Part shown: piece after piece, positions 62,154-64,000 of the stretch
How the letters are laid out: every line of letters begins with the position of its first letter
Position numbering within the stretch: the first letter of the stretch is position 1
Notes under the pieces: model-generated
Told to the model about the DNA's origin: nothing
What the model saw: only the letters and a program-made list of their open reading frames with translations
Database searches by the model: none
Made by a program: the position numbers and the translations under genes
Source: Nitrospinales bacterium
GTDB lineage: Bacteria; Nitrospinota; Nitrospinia; Nitrospinales; VA-1
Direction: 5' to 3'
NCBI GenBank assembly: GCA_965223795.1
Contig: CBDCXL010000002.1
Span: 800,001-864,000, forward strand
DNA length: 64,000 nt

Positions 62154-63149
62154 ATGAATATTTTGGATGAATTAAACATGGAAAAACCTGAGTACTCAGT
62201 TGTCATACCTGTTTTTAATGAAGAAGAAGTTCTTCCTTTATTTATTTCAGATTTATGCACTGCCATGAATCAACTAGGAAATAATTATGAGTTATTATTT
62301 ATTGATGATGGAAGCACTGATAAAACATGGGAAATTTTAAAAGAACATTCAAAAATAGATTCTAATATTTTTTCATTCCGTTTAAGTAGAAACTTTGGAC
62401 ATCAACAAGCTATATTTGCCGGCCTCGTTCATACGAGAGGGAAAGCTGTTGGAATCATTGACGGGGACGGACAAGATCCTGCTAATGAATTATGCAACAT
62501 GTTCAAGGCGCTTGACGATGGATATGATGTTGTTTTTGGTGTGCGGAAAAAGAGAAAAGAAGGTGTTTTTATTCGATTCTGCTATTATATTTTTTATCGA
62601 ATATTAAACAAGATCACAAAAATATATATCCCTCTTGATAGCGGGGATTTTTCTGTAATGGATAAATCGGTCGTCGAATTCATCAAGAATGTCAATGATC
62701 CCAACCCATTTATAAGAGGTTTAAGAAGTTGGTATGGCGGAAAACAAAAAGCATATGAATATGAACGAAGTGCTAGAAAAGGCGGGAACTCAAAATATTC
62801 ATTTCTTCAATTGATAGATCTAGCTATCAATGGTGTTACTTCTTGCTCTAAATGGCCTTTACGTTTTGCTGTCTATCTTGGCGGAAGTGTTTCATTATTG
62901 ACACTTTTATATACTGTTATCACTATCACACTTAAGATATTTTTCAATTACCCTGATGATCCTTTTAGCGCTGGCTGGACTTCACTCATCACTATCATTG
63001 GATTTGTTGGAGGAATGAATATATTGGTCATAGGTATTATCGGCGAATACCTTTCACACGTGTTTGATGCAACAATGAAGCAGCCAACTTTTATCATTAA
63101 AGAAACAACCAAACCATACTCAAAAGAGCTTTCTGTTAAAATTCAATAA
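62154..63149 (+). CDS. polyprenol-phosphate glycosyltransferase (GtrB/DPM-like GT2)
   Basis: VIPVFNEE, IDDGSTD, SRNFGHQ, IDGDGQDP, DSGDFS, two C-terminal TM helices. Confidence 0.92.
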   Translation: MNILDELNMEKPEYSVVIPVFNEEEVLPLFISDLCTAMNQLGNNYELLFIDDGSTDKTWEILKEHSKIDSNIFSFRLSRNFGHQQAIFAGLVHTRGKAVGIIDGDGQDPANELCNMFKALDDGYDVVFGVRKKRKEGVFIRFCYYIFYRILNKITKIYIPLDSGDFSVMDKSVVEFIKNVNDPNPFIRGLRSWYGGKQKAYEYERSARKGGNSKYSFLQLIDLAINGVTSCSKWPLRFAVYLGGSVSLLTLLYTVITITLKIFFNYPDDPFSAGWTSLITIIGFVGGMNILVIGIIGEYLSHVFDATMKQPTFIIKETTKPYSKELSVKIQ

Positions 63150-63152
63150 ATA

Positions 63153-63881
63153 ATGGATTTAGAGAAGCTTCAATTATATGAGAAATTAGGAAACAGTCAT
63201 TGGTGGCTCACTAGTAAATACACAATATTAAAAGATTTTTTAATTCACCACGCTCCTAGTAGAACTGATTTCAATCCCATGCTCGATATTGGGTGTGGAG
63301 GTGGAGTTTTCTTAAAGAAAATATCTGATATAGCTCCCTTCCAATTTGGAGCGGATTTGAACTATAAAATATTATTAAATAGGCAAACTCAAAATAATTT
63401 ATTTGTTACCTCTAATGCCAAACAGCTGCCATATAAGGATAATGTATTCTCATTGGTTTCAGCAATTGACATTCTTGAGCATATTGATGATGATAATATA
63501 GCTGTTCATGAGATATTTCGGGTATTAAAATCAAATGGCTGGGTTTTAGTCAGCGTTCCTGCATATATGTCATTGTTTGGTGACCACGATAAATTATTTG
63601 GTCATATCAGAAGATATAAACTCAATCAAATACGAAATATACTCATTTCAAATGGATTTCTTATAAAAAAAGCAACGTATATACAGCCTCTTTTTTTTCT
63701 GCCATTATTTCTGAAGCGTCGCTTTTTTCCCACCAATGACAATTATTTAGGGGATTTTAATTTGCCCCCCAAAACTATAAATAATATCTTGCATCATATT
63801 TTAGCTTTTGAGCGATTCCCATTACGCCTTATCAATTTCCCATTTGGCCCCACAATATTGGTACTAGCTCAAAAAAAATAA
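63153..63881 (+). CDS. class I SAM-dependent methyltransferase
   Basis: HWW, LDIGCGGG, DILEHIDDD, VPAY, HDKLFGHIRRY. Confidence 0.9.
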   Translation: MDLEKLQLYEKLGNSHWWLTSKYTILKDFLIHHAPSRTDFNPMLDIGCGGGVFLKKISDIAPFQFGADLNYKILLNRQTQNNLFVTSNAKQLPYKDNVFSLVSAIDILEHIDDDNIAVHEIFRVLKSNGWVLVSVPAYMSLFGDHDKLFGHIRRYKLNQIRNILISNGFLIKKATYIQPLFFLPLFLKRRFFPTNDNYLGDFNLPPKTINNILHHILAFERFPLRLINFPFGPTILVLAQKK

Positions 63882-64000
63882 TCGTTTAATCAATACTATA
63901 CAAAGTATTAGCTATTATTGAATACTATAATATATAAAAAGCTATTTGTAGTATTGAATGAATAATTATAATTGGATGAAGCAACCAAAATAACTAATCT

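Overview
Bacterial chromosomal window with a mostly GC-rich backbone. The gene content is reminiscent of Nitrospinota or deltaproteobacteria-like organisms (inference only). 1-18.7 kb holds housekeeping and orphan genes: ino1, a Sel1/Hcp-like protein, a minimal Ser/Thr kinase, an SSS symporter, a Vgb-family lyase, several small secreted orphans, a TonB-dependent receptor, tRNA-Ala(GGC), an esterase, DUF502 and a RluA-family synthase. Two of the orphans have sigma54-type promoters that share an upstream motif. 18.8-21.8 kb is an AT-rich two-gene insert of unknown function. 21.8-31.5 kb carries ArsC, an RND pump pair, a SAM methyltransferase, an acyl-CoA ligase and a TPR-FGE protein. 31.5-64 kb is a large surface-glycan locus. 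Its GC-rich half has two GT-C/TPR membrane proteins (one frameshifted), a WecA-like enzyme, rmlBAD, GT2/GT4 enzymes, an FNR-like reductase and a B12 radical SAM enzyme. Its abruptly AT-rich half (from about 49.6 kb) has more GTs, an RfbE-like epimerase, methyltransferases, a second B12 radical SAM enzyme, further GT-C-type membrane proteins and an IS481-family element with a 7-bp target duplication and a nonsense mutation. No CRISPR array, rRNA or integrase was seen.
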